64,000 bases of DNA, taken from Hamiltosporidium tvaerminnensis FI-OER-3-3. Its lineage: Eukaryota > Fungi > Microsporidia. Of the stretch, positions 35,701 through 46,391 are shown one piece after another. Where the stretch lies: assembly GCA_022605425.2 (NCBI GenBank), contig CM061256.1, positions 310,001-374,000 on the forward strand. The letters run 5' to 3'. The translations under genes were made by a program, and so were the position numbers. The notes below the pieces were generated by a model, which ran no database searches, was not told the DNA's origin, and saw only the letters and a program-made list of their open reading frames with translations. How positions within the stretch are numbered: the stretch's first letter is position 1; the number at the start of each line of letters is the position of its first letter.

Positions 35701-38700
35701 CCTTTATTATACTATTATATATTTTCTCGGTAAATAACATCCTTAAATCTTCTATACAATAAAACCTGTTACCTCCTAATAAAAAATTTATAATAATTTC
35801 TGCTCTCTTATCACCAATACCTTTTATTTTCTTTATTTCTATATAACTACCACTGTTAAGTATTTTTAATATTTCTTCTTTACTATGAATAACAGGGTGA
35901 ATGTTAGTATTGTTATTAAGAGGGTGTTGTTTATTAGATAGATCGTTAACACCCTGTTGTTCATTGATACTGTTGTTAACACCCTGTTGTTCACAAGTAC
36001 TATTGTTAACACCCTGTTGTTTACTACTACTATAACTAACACCCTGTTGTTTATCAGTACTGTTATTAACACCCCTATAATTACTACCCCCTTTATTTGA
36101 TAGACTTTTTATTTTCTCTTTAATATTTAATAGGTCTTCTTTACCAGTTATATCATACATCTTTAAAAGGGTTTTATATTCAGTAATAGCTTTTCTCTTT
36201 TTACCTTCTCTTTCAAACTGTTGTGCTCTTAAAAGTAAAACATTAAACAATGAATCATTAGAGGTGTTATTTAGGTCTTTCTTAGTATTGTTATTTAGGT
36301 GTTTGTTAGTACTGAGATTTAGGTCTTTGTTAGTACTGTTATTTAGGTCTTTGTTAGTACTGTTACTAACACCCTTATAATTATTAATACTGTTGTTAAC
36401 ACCCCCTATACCCTTTATATTACCATCCTTATAATTAACACCCCCTATACTCTTATACCTCTTATTACAGTTAACATCCTTTTCATTTAACACATTATAA
36501 GCCTCCCTATTACTATAAGCCTCCCTATTACTATAAGCCTCCCTATTACTATAAGCCTCCCTATTACTACTCACATCCCTAATACTATAAGCCTCCCTAA
36601 TACCCCTCCTACTTAAATCCTTATAAATATTATTACAGTTAACATCCATTTCCTTACTACTCACATCCCTAACAGTAACATGCTTTGTTTGACTAGCAAA
36701 CTGTAAAGTCCTTACAGTCTCTTCAATATCACTCTCTTCATAACTAACAGTACATATCAAATAACAAATATCTTTACACAAATATTTCTGTAAAACACGT
36801 GTTAATTTACTATCTCTATAAGGTATATTTATATAATTAAAATATAAACTATTAATTACTTTTTTTAAAGTAAATAGACTCTTATTTATACTTACAGATT
36901 CTTTTAAACGGTTACCTGTGTTTTTTGTCTTTCTATTGTCTTCTGAACCAGCTAGATCTACTAGTGTTATTGTAAAGGGAAGAGTGTTACTATGGGTGTT
37001 ATTTAGAGTTAGGGTGGTATTAGTGTTAAGGGTAGTAGTATAGGTGTTAGTATAGGTATTGTTAAGGGTGTTAGTATAGGTGTTGTTAAGGGTAGGGTTA
37101 CTATAGGTGTTACTATAGGTGTTGTTAAGGGTAGGGTTACTATAGGTGTTACTAAGGGTGTTGTTAAGGGTGTTACTATGGGTAGTGTTACTATGGGGGT
37201 TGTTTATGCAAGTATTTAGGGTTAGGTTAGGGTTAGGGTCTGTACTAAAGAGACTGTTACTATCATTACTAGTATTATCATTACTAGTATTATATATATT
37301 AGTCTTATCATTAATACTATTACTATTCTCTTTATTTACTGTAAGTTGTATTATGCTATGTGAACGTGAAGAACATCTATTTAAAGAAGTAGAATTTGTA
37401 TGTCTATTGTTAGTATAAATATTATAAATAGATTCAAAGTGTTTATAAGAAGTAATAGGATGTATAGATAGTAAGTCAGTAGAAGTAATAGGTATGGTAT
37501 TATTGTTTTTTAAGTCAGTACTTCTACTAGTACTGTTATTAAGAGGGTGTTGTCTATTAGTAGTTATGTTAAGAGGGTGTTGTTTATTACTACTATTGTT
37601 AAGAGGGTGTTGTTTATTAGTACTATTGTTAACACCCTGTTGTATATCAGATATATTGTTATTAAGAGGGTGTTGTCTATTAGTAGTTATGTTAACACCC
37701 TTATAGTTACTACTATTGTTAACACCCTTATAGTTACTACTATTGTTAACACCCTTATAATTATTACTACTATTCTTAACACCCTGTTGTGTATTAGTAC
37801 TATTGTTAACACCCTGTTGTTTATTACTACTATTGTTAACACCCTGTTGTTTATTACTACTATTGTTAACACCCTGTTGTTTATTACTACTATTGTTAAC
37901 ACCCTGTTGTATATCAGATATATTATTAACACCCTGTTGTTTAATAGTACTATTGTTAACACCCTTATAGTTACTACTATTGTTAACAACCTTATAACCA
38001 TCTACATTGTTATTAACACCCTTATAACCATCTACATTGTTATTAACACCCTTATAACCATTACTACTATTGTTAACAACCTTATAACCATCTACATTGT
38101 TATTAACACCCTTATAACCATCTACATTGTTATTAACACCCTTATAACCATTACTACTATTGTTAACAACCTTATAACCATCTACATTGTTATTAACACC
38201 CTTATAACCATCTACATTGTTATTAACACCCTTATAACCATGTACATTCTTGTTAACACCCTTATAACCATATACATTGTTATTAACACCCTTATAACCA
38301 TATACACTGTTGTTAACACCCTCTAACACACTACTGTTATTAACACCCCCTTTACCCTCTAATATATCCTTATTACTAAGACAGTCATATAACGTATCAT
38401 TATATATTTCTAATATAGAAATATTAAGAGAATAAGACTGTTGGATATAATATCTAACAATAGAATGTATAAGATGTGTTAATGTATATGTCTTACCAGT
38501 ATTACTACTACCATAACATATAAATGTAGTATTATTGGTATTATTAGTATTGGTATTTGTATTATCATTAGTAGTATTTGTATTATTAGTATTATTAGTA
38601 TTGGTATTTGTATAAGTACTACTGTTATTGTTATTAGTATTATTAGTATTTGTATAAGTACTACTGTTATTGTTACTACTGTTATTGTTACTACTGTTAT

Positions 38701-39031
38701 TGTTACTACTGTTATTACTACTACTGTTATTGTTACTACTGTTATTGTTACTACTGTTATTGTTACTACTGTTATTGTTACTACTGTTATTGTTACTACT
38801 GTTATTACTACTACCATTCCTATTATCAATAACATTAGTACTACTAGATAAAGACCTGGTATAAGGAATGTAGGAGAGAAGAGGTGAGGATTTGGAAAAA
38901 ATTTGGTCAAATTTGTATTTTTGTGTTTTTTCTTTTCTTTTTATTTTTAATGTGGTTGGTGTGTATGAAATGTTTGGTGAAGGAGATTTTGATGGTTTTA
39001 TACGGATTAGTACTTTTATCTTTGTAGGCAT
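35693..39031 (-). CDS. Kinesin-10/KIF22(Kid)-like motor with C-terminal helix-hairpin-helix and large low-complexity insertions
   Basis: YGSSNTGKT P-loop, LEIYND, SSRSH, DLAGSEDNRKT, IPYRDSKLTR, C-terminal LN...IKGIGDKRAE; CCCCC before ATG. Confidence 0.9.
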   Translation of the reverse strand: MPTKIKVLIRIKPSKSPSPNISYTPTTLKIKRKEKTQKYKFDQIFSKSSPLLSYIPYTRSLSSSTNVIDNRNGSSNNSSNNNSSNNNSSNNNSSNNNSSNNNSSSNNSSNNNSSNNNSSNNNSSTYTNTNNTNNNNSSTYTNTNTNNTNNTNTTNDNTNTNTNNTNNTTFICYGSSNTGKTYTLTHLIHSIVRYYIQQSYSLNISILEIYNDTLYDCLSNKDILEGKGGVNNSSVLEGVNNSVYGYKGVNNNVYGYKGVNKNVHGYKGVNNNVDGYKGVNNNVDGYKVVNNSSNGYKGVNNNVDGYKGVNNNVDGYKVVNNSSNGYKGVNNNVDGYKGVNNNVDGYKVVNNSSNYKGVNNSTIKQQGVNNISDIQQGVNNSSNKQQGVNNSSNKQQGVNNSSNKQQGVNNSTNTQQGVKNSSNNYKGVNNSSNYKGVNNSSNYKGVNITTNRQHPLNNNISDIQQGVNNSTNKQHPLNNSSNKQHPLNITTNRQHPLNNSTSRSTDLKNNNTIPITSTDLLSIHPITSYKHFESIYNIYTNNRHTNSTSLNRCSSRSHSIIQLTVNKENSNSINDKTNIYNTSNDNTSNDSNSLFSTDPNPNLTLNTCINNPHSNTTHSNTLNNTLSNTYSNPTLNNTYSNTYSNPTLNNTYTNTLNNTYTNTYTTTLNTNTTLTLNNTHSNTLPFTITLVDLAGSEDNRKTKNTGNRLKESVSINKSLFTLKKVINSLYFNYINIPYRDSKLTRVLQKYLCKDICYLICTVSYEESDIEETVRTLQFASQTKHVTVRDVSSKEMDVNCNNIYKDLSRRGIREAYSIRDVSSNREAYSNREAYSNREAYSNREAYNVLNEKDVNCNKRYKSIGGVNYKDGNIKGIGGVNNSINNYKGVSNSTNKDLNNSTNKDLNLSTNKHLNNNTKKDLNNTSNDSLFNVLLLRAQQFEREGKKRKAITEYKTLLKMYDITGKEDLLNIKEKIKSLSNKGGSNYRGVNNSTDKQQGVSYSSSKQQGVNNSTCEQQGVNNSINEQQGVNDLSNKQHPLNNNTNIHPVIHSKEEILKILNSGSYIEIKKIKGIGDKRAEIIINFLLGGNRFYCIEDLRMLFTEKIYNSIIKGC

Positions 39032-39620
39032 TTGGGGGTAATAGAGGTAGGGTGTTATATATAAGGTAATGGAGGTGTAGGGTGTTATAGAGGTAATAGA
39101 GGGAAGAGTAGGGTGTTATGGGGGTAATAGAGGGGTGGGGTGTTATATAAGAAAAATAGACGGGTGGGGTGTTATAGAGGTAATAGATGTAGGGTGTTAT
39201 ATAAGGTAATAGAGGTAGGGTGTTATATATAAGGTAATGGAGGTGTAGGGTGTTATAGAGGTAATGGAGGGGTGGGGTGTTATATATATATAGATGTAGG
39301 GCGTTATTATAAGAAGAATCATAGGGTGTTATATGATTATAGATGTAGGGGGTTATTATAAGGATAAGGATAGGGGGTTATTATAAGGATAAGGATAGGG
39401 TGTTATATAAGTATAGATGTAGGGGGTTATTATACGGATAAGGATAGGGTGTTATATAATTATAGATCTAGCGTGTTATATATAAGGTAATAGAGGTGTT
39501 ATATATCTATAGATTTAGGGTGTTATATATAAGGTAATAGAGGTGTTATATATCTATAGATGTAGGGTGTTATTATAACTAGAATCATAGGGTGTTATTA
39601 TAAGGAAAACATAGGGTGTT
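39032..39620. repeat. TAGGGTGTTAT array upstream of the kinesin
   Basis: Many GGG(T/G)GTTAT cores with variable spacers. Confidence 0.88.
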
Positions 39621-40205
39621 ATATTATGTTTTTAAGTTACTTATTTGGTTTATTATTTATATATTGAAACTCTCTAAATTTATGTATTTTAAAGCTTACA
39701 TATATAAAGTCTTATGGCTTATTAAGGGTCTTGTCTATTATAGTCTTGTATTCAAAAGAATAAATATAATTTTTATTTATTTGTCTAGTAAAGACTATTA
39801 CGTATATTTTTTTTATAGTATAATTAACTTGTTTTGGGTAACATTTGAGTCTTTGACTTTCAGGTTTTTGATAAAATATTTTTTGATGATAGAAATTCTT
39901 AAATTTAATTTGTCTGCCCCTTAGTGTTGGAGACAAATTCTTTTAACTTTGTTAAAGAAATAGATATTCTAATATTAGGTTGAGAGTAGATATATTTATT
40001 ATTTATTGATTTGTCTTGATTGTTGGTTCGTATAGTCTACGTTTTATAATTCATATATAATCATGGTATAGGTTTATGGATTTACTAAATACTTATTTTT
40101 CACGGTCTTATATCATAATATGTCTTGATATAGTATTTTGTGGATTATTTTTGTTGATTCTTATACTTTAGACTCATGGTTTGCTTATTCTTTTGTAATC
40201 CAAAC

Positions 40206-40928
40206 TTTGAATTAAAAGTATCACATCTTTTTAAAATAGTGGCAAGTGTTATATTTGTTTTCATGACATTAACGCTGTTCTAGGTTTAACATAAATAACC
40301 ATTCTTAAATATCTATTCGGGTCTTCCTGTGATACCTACGTCTCAAAGCTTTTTCTCTACCAGGTGTGTAGAACCCAATTAATAGCGAGACAGTTGTCCG
40401 GTGTGCGTTAATGTCCGTAGCATGAGGCTGATCGGGGGCCGAAGCCCATCCGGGCTCCTCTAAGACTATGCAGCATTTCCACCTACTCTACATTTTCTGA
40501 ACCAATGAACTTCTAGCTAAGATATATTTCAGAGACTTACACAGGATCCACCTAGACAGTGCAATGTCAAGCCAACAGGTATAATTTGCTACTTAGCTCT
40601 CCCTGCTTTAAATAGTTTTTTATTTTATATCTCCCTGGCTCTAAGCCTTCTACCCGAGTGAGCAAGGCTAGGTTTCTATGCTTATACATGGAAATTACCT
40701 ACATGTTCTCTGCAGCATTTGATCCAGTCACATAAAAAACTACAAATAAATTTGTAGAAACAGTTTCTCCATTTCGTAGATCTTCTCCTCTTCATACAAA
40801 CTCCCATGTAACAACCAAAGATGTAGTGTGTTTTTATTCCCACCAATAATCCAAACAATGATCCTCACACAAATCCCCTACACTCATTGTCAAGCAGCAA
40901 GTTTTTAAGTCGATATACTCCCTTCACT
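40206..40928 (-). mobile_element. Dispersed structured element, copy 6
   Basis: Highly similar to copy 3 (AAAAGTATCACATCTTTTTAAAATAGTGGCAAGTG ... CCGAGTGAGCAAGGCTAGG ... CTCCCTTCACT); no clear TSD. Confidence 0.85.
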
Positions 40929-42200
40929 AATTACTTAAAAATATATATTAGAATATATTAGATTTAATGTACAATTTAAGACTATTATCTCTAAAGCATC
41001 TGTTTGAGAACCAATACAAATTTAATAATAAAAATTGTTTTTTATGAATTTATAATAGAAGAAATAAAACCTTAAGAAACAACCAAAGATGTTCTTATAA
41101 ACCATTTATTAAAGGTTTGTCAAGTTTTAAAGTTAAATTTTGTCTTATTATCAATATAAATTAATTATTTTAATATTTACCTCGTTTGTCTACCAAAAAA
41201 AAGTTTATTTGACTAAAATAATTAAAGCTAATTTCTGAATATTTAAGATCATAATTTTACTTTTATTCAAGTATAATAAGATTAAATAATATTCATTTTT
41301 AAATATATTAAGAATTATTTACAATAAAAACGGTTATTTTGAAATCACGGTTTCTATTGAATTCAACTATAATACTTTTTTGTATAATATTATGACAAAC
41401 TGGTCTTTTATATTATTTTTATTTTCAGAAACACCTTAAATCTAATAAATTAAGGTTGTATTATGTTATTCTCTTTCTTAGATTTCTTCCATTCTATGAT
41501 TTCCTATATGCTTTTTTAATTATATTTAAATTATATATTCTTTATATTTTAAGTCAATAGTTTGACTCCATGTTTTTATATTTGATAAGATATTTAGAAT
41601 ATTAATCTATAATGTTAAAACATACTTATTTATTAGCTTCTATGTCAATAAATACACATTTTTCATTTATATTTATCATTCTAAGAAAGAATTCTCTTAG
41701 GCTATTTATCCGTTGTTTTAACTCTTAGTCTCATCTCTAATATCTTAATAAACTAAAGAATCAGTATTATCTGTATTTATAAATATCATTGAGTTATTTT
41801 ATATTTTACTCTTTCTTGTATTTAGGTTTTCCAAATTTAAACTTTATAATATTTTTCAAAGATACTATCATAAGAATACCATCTAAAAGTATATTCAAAT
41901 TATATTTAAATTTTTTATTCATTACATATACCTTCCTCCTTATTTAGATATAATTTTAATTTAATGTTTCTTGTGAAATAATTATAAATTAATTAATAAT
42001 ATATCAGATAACTTCTATCTAAAAAAAATTGTTAATTAAATAACTTTTACCAAACTTAACACAGTTATTTGATATATAAAATTATAATTTTATATTTGTA
42101 TTGCTCTTACTTTTATTATATTTTATACAGATAAAATTAGAGTAGTTTACATGTTCTTAGATCAATCAAAGATATTAAAAGCTAATAAAAGCTACATAAC

Positions 42201-42346
42201 TGATTTTAAGATTTATAGAATATTAAAAAAAAAGTTGATTTTAAGATTTATAGAATATTAAAAAAAAAGTTGATTTTAAGATTTATAGAATATTAAAAAA
42301 AAAGTTGATTTTAAGATTTATAGAATATTAAAAAAAAGTTGATTTT
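42201..42346. repeat. 35-bp tandem repeat x4
   Basis: TGATTTTAAGATTTATAGAATATTA(n)GT at 42201, 42236, 42271, 42306. Confidence 0.92.
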
Positions 42347-43400
42347 TATATGTCTTAGTTCAAATTATATATTTTTTAAAGATAATTATTTAATATTTAA
42401 AGATATTTGTGTTTTTAATAGTAAGTTTTAAAAAATATTTTGTATCTTTGTTTCATTTAAAGATTAAAACAATATTTATAATTCCGCCAAAGATACGATG
42501 AGTTTAGCTCTACCGTCTTAAGCCTAGATAAAGAAGGATAGTTGTGTATATAACTAACACATTTATCGCACAGAACCATATTTTTACGAAATTGAAACGA
42601 AATAAAAATCAGAAAAATCGTAAAAGAAACCCAAGCTTTTTAAGAGCTATACTGCCATCTAATAGTATTAGTAATAGTAGTAAAACAATATTCATAGTAC
42701 AGGGTTATACATTTGTTTCGATTTAATCCCATTAAAAGTCTAATCTTATCATTATTATTTAATTTTTCTTGAATAATTATTTCTTTTATCAATTTTATGA
42801 AAGTATTACAGTGGTATTTAAATAAATAAAATTGTGAAAGAAAAAAAGATGGCTGTAGAAAAGATTTAATATCCAAGAACCGAATAATCTAATACACTAA
42901 TACTGTTTTTATTCTAAATAGTAAAATAATATTTCAGTTATAATTTTTAAGTAAAATATTTAATCTTTTAATAAATAATAAATATTTTATATGATATTAA
43001 TTCAAATTAATTTTAATCGGTATTCTTTATCAAATTATTTTTTAAGACCACTTTTCACTTCAAAAATATATTCTCTTAAAATATCAAATTAATATTTTTT
43101 AAATCTACTTTCTAGTTTACTAATTTCTACTTTTCACTTCAAAAATATATTCTCTTAAAATATAAGTATGAGTTTTAAATCTAAATAGAATTTAATTTTT
43201 ATTTTATTTTGAATATATAAATACTCTCATATTTTGAATATCTACATACTCTAATAGTTTGAATATATAAATCTAATAATTAAAAATATAAATCTCTAAA
43301 ATATAAATCTCTACTCGTTAAAAATATAAATCTAATAATTAAAAATATAAATCTCTACTCAAAAATATAAAAAAACCGTTTTTTAATGCCCCTACAATAA

Positions 43401-44778
43401 ATGCTATTACCTTCTAAACCTTTCACAAAAAAATGGTCTTTACGTATTATATTGTCAAACAATGTAAAATTTGTTATTCCAATAGATTCAAGTAAAGATA
43501 TTAGACATCTTAAGAATTTTATTTATGGATATATTAAACAAATATTTGGTTATGAATATAAAATTTTAACCGTTTTAGATTCTGAGGGTTTCTTTTTATC
43601 ACAAAATTTTAAAATCAAAGATATTTTAAAAAATAGAGATACTATACATTGTTTTGACACAGAATTGTCTTTTGGAAAATTACAAATTAAAAGAAGAATT
43701 AAATGTTAAGAAGATTCAAATTGTGTGTAATGATAAATCTAATGTATTTGATTTGTCAAATAAAAGTTTAGAAAACATTGAATCTCACAATAAAGATATT
43801 TGTAGGAGAATTTCAAAAGATAAAAATAGAAATGAAGATATTGTTAAAACACCAAGTAAATGTATTGAAGGATGTATTGATGATATAAATTCAAAAGATA
43901 AAAGTAGAAATGAAGATATTGTTAAAACACCAAGTAAATGTATTGAAGGATGTATTGAGGATATAAATTCAAGTATTTTAGAAAGGAATAATACTAAGAA
44001 GGAAAAAAATGAAAATCTTTTACAAAATAAAGAAACAGAAATAGACACTGATATTCAAAAAACAATTAAATCCGCAGTTGATCTATCACAAATCAGTATT
44101 AAAAAAAAGAGAAAATCAAAAGATTTAAATAAAACCGATGAAAATAAAGAAATAAAAAATTATAAATCATTTGATAAAAATGAAGAAACGAATGTTGAAA
44201 TAATGTTTGATCAGAGAATAGATATTGAATCCGTAAGTAATTTATTTGATAAAAATGAAGAAACGAATGTTGAAATAATGTTTGATCAGAGAATAGATAT
44301 TGAATCCGTAAGTAATTTATTTGATAAAAATGAAGAAACGAATGTTGAAATAATGTTTGATCAGAGAAAAGATATTGAATCCGTAAGTAATTTATTTGAT
44401 AAAAATGGAGAAACGAATGTTGAAATAATGTTTGATCAGAGAAAAGATATTGAAGCGGTAGGTAATAAATTATTAAAAGAAAATAAAATTAATATTGATT
44501 TGGGTAATGAAAAAATATTGGTAGAACAGGAAGTTAGTAAAGAAATGGAAGAAGAAACTGATAATGGAAGCAATACAAACCAAAAAACACGTGTTGTAAG
44601 AAAAACAGCTTTAAAGAAAGAAATATCTAAAAATTCTAAATCTAAAAATTCTTTACCTAAAATTTCTAAATCTAAAAGTGTTAATTCTACACCTAAAAAA
44701 AATATAAAAACTGAAGTCAAAATGGTTTCTGCTAGAAAAAGTAAAAAGACTTGTGATTTTTCTTTGGATGAAATTTAA
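43401..44778 (+). CDS. Probable single gene split by a frameshift: coilin-N/Net1-N-like ubiquitin-fold domain plus charged repetitive tail
   Basis: Overlapping ORFs 43401-43709 and 43654-44778; CCCC before first ATG; LDSEGFFL....IKDILKNRDTI resembles the coilin/Cytokin_check N-domains; 25-aa x4 and 26-aa x2 repeats. Confidence 0.55.
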
Positions 44779-45209
44779 AAAATTAAAAATTTTATGATTT
44801 TATTTTATGATTCTATTTTTATGATTTAAATTTTATAATTTTTATTTTTATGATTTTATTTTTATAATTTTTATTTTCTATATTTCCAAGTTTTATATTC
44901 TCTATTTCCAAGTTTTATTCTATATTCTCTATTTCCAAGTTTTTATATTTATATTTTATATTCGTTGAAAAAAAATGGTTGAATAAAGTAAGTAATTGTA
45001 AAAAAATATTGATAAAGTCTTTAATGTCTTTTTAAAACATTAATAGCCTTAATGAATTGATATATCTGATATAAAATTATTTTTTTTAAATGCTAATTAT
45101 TCTGAAAAATATGAAATATATTGTGAATACTATTGATTATATAGCAGTTTCTTATAAATTGGCACTGGAATTCAAAATATTATACTTTTGATGAAATATC
45201 ACAATTCTT

Positions 45210-45372
45210 AAACGTTTTTTTATAAATAAATATAAAATATTAAATAAGTTAGAAATTATTTTATTAAATATTTTGAAAATAATATCAAATTACAAAAACG
45301 TTTTTTTATAAATAAATATTAAATATTAAATAAGTTAGAAATTATTTTATTAAATATTTTGAAAATAATATA
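45210..45372. repeat. ~86-bp tandem duplication
   Basis: AAACGTTTTTTTATAAATAAATA...TTTTGAAAATAATAT occurs twice. Confidence 0.8.
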
Positions 45373-46391
45373 AAATTACAAAGTGATAATCTAATTAAAC
45401 TAGAATATAACATGTAAATAGCTTATTTAAGATGTTAGTCTGAAATATACATATATAATGATTTTTATTTATTTTATTCTTCTATTATTTAAATACAATC
45501 TATAAATAAAAATAATTTTAAACTTTTAATATTAAATTCTTAAATGATAAATATTTTTTTAAATAATTATAACTGATAATCTATGATTTGTACCTATAAT
45601 ACATTTTAGGCTTTATTTTAAAGGTTTACCATGGGTAAAATTTGAATTGAATTTTCAAAAAAGATGCCCAGGATATATTTCATATTAGAAAACAACCTAA
45701 GTGTTGTTAGAATAGCCAAAAGTATGAGTATTTTATTTAATATAAAATAATCGACTTATAAATACGAACTATCTCTACTTTTACTATCATTATATTTATA
45801 AATTTTAATTTAGTGAAATATACTTGCAAAACGTATATTTCAAAGTGGTGTAGTTTTCTTGTGGAATTTTAATACAATTCGTTATATGAAATATAAATCA
45901 AATAAATTAAAGATTGGAAAACAGAAAAACGAAAATACGATTGAAGATAAAATCAAAGGAGAATAGAAACAATAATTTATTGGGAATATAAATGATATTT
46001 TAAGGTGTCTTTAGATTGTATTTGTTTATGGTTTAAACGGTTAAAAATGTGATTTCAATGAAATCATTCGATACCAATATTTAAATTTCTGTTAAAAGTG
46101 TTAAAACTATTAAATTTTTAATTTAAAATTGAATATAGTAAGATCTTGATTGTTTAGAATTGAATTGGAAATTTATATATAGTTTAGAAATATAGATATG
46201 TTATTTAGTGTCTCAGAAAAAATATTAGCTGCTCGATACACCAATATTTTTTGAAAATGTTTTTATATTTAATATTATTTCTTTATTTGCAGAATATTAG
46301 GAATTTTTTTTTTAATTTATCAAATATAATTTATTTAATAAAAATATTTCTATATTGGAAAAATTAAATTAATTCCTTAATAGATATATCG

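Noticed and set aside
30570-38910. Antisense and alternate-frame ORFs (poly-L, LLTP, VVTIT, YCY)
   Set aside because: Shadows of low-complexity repeats in the real genes
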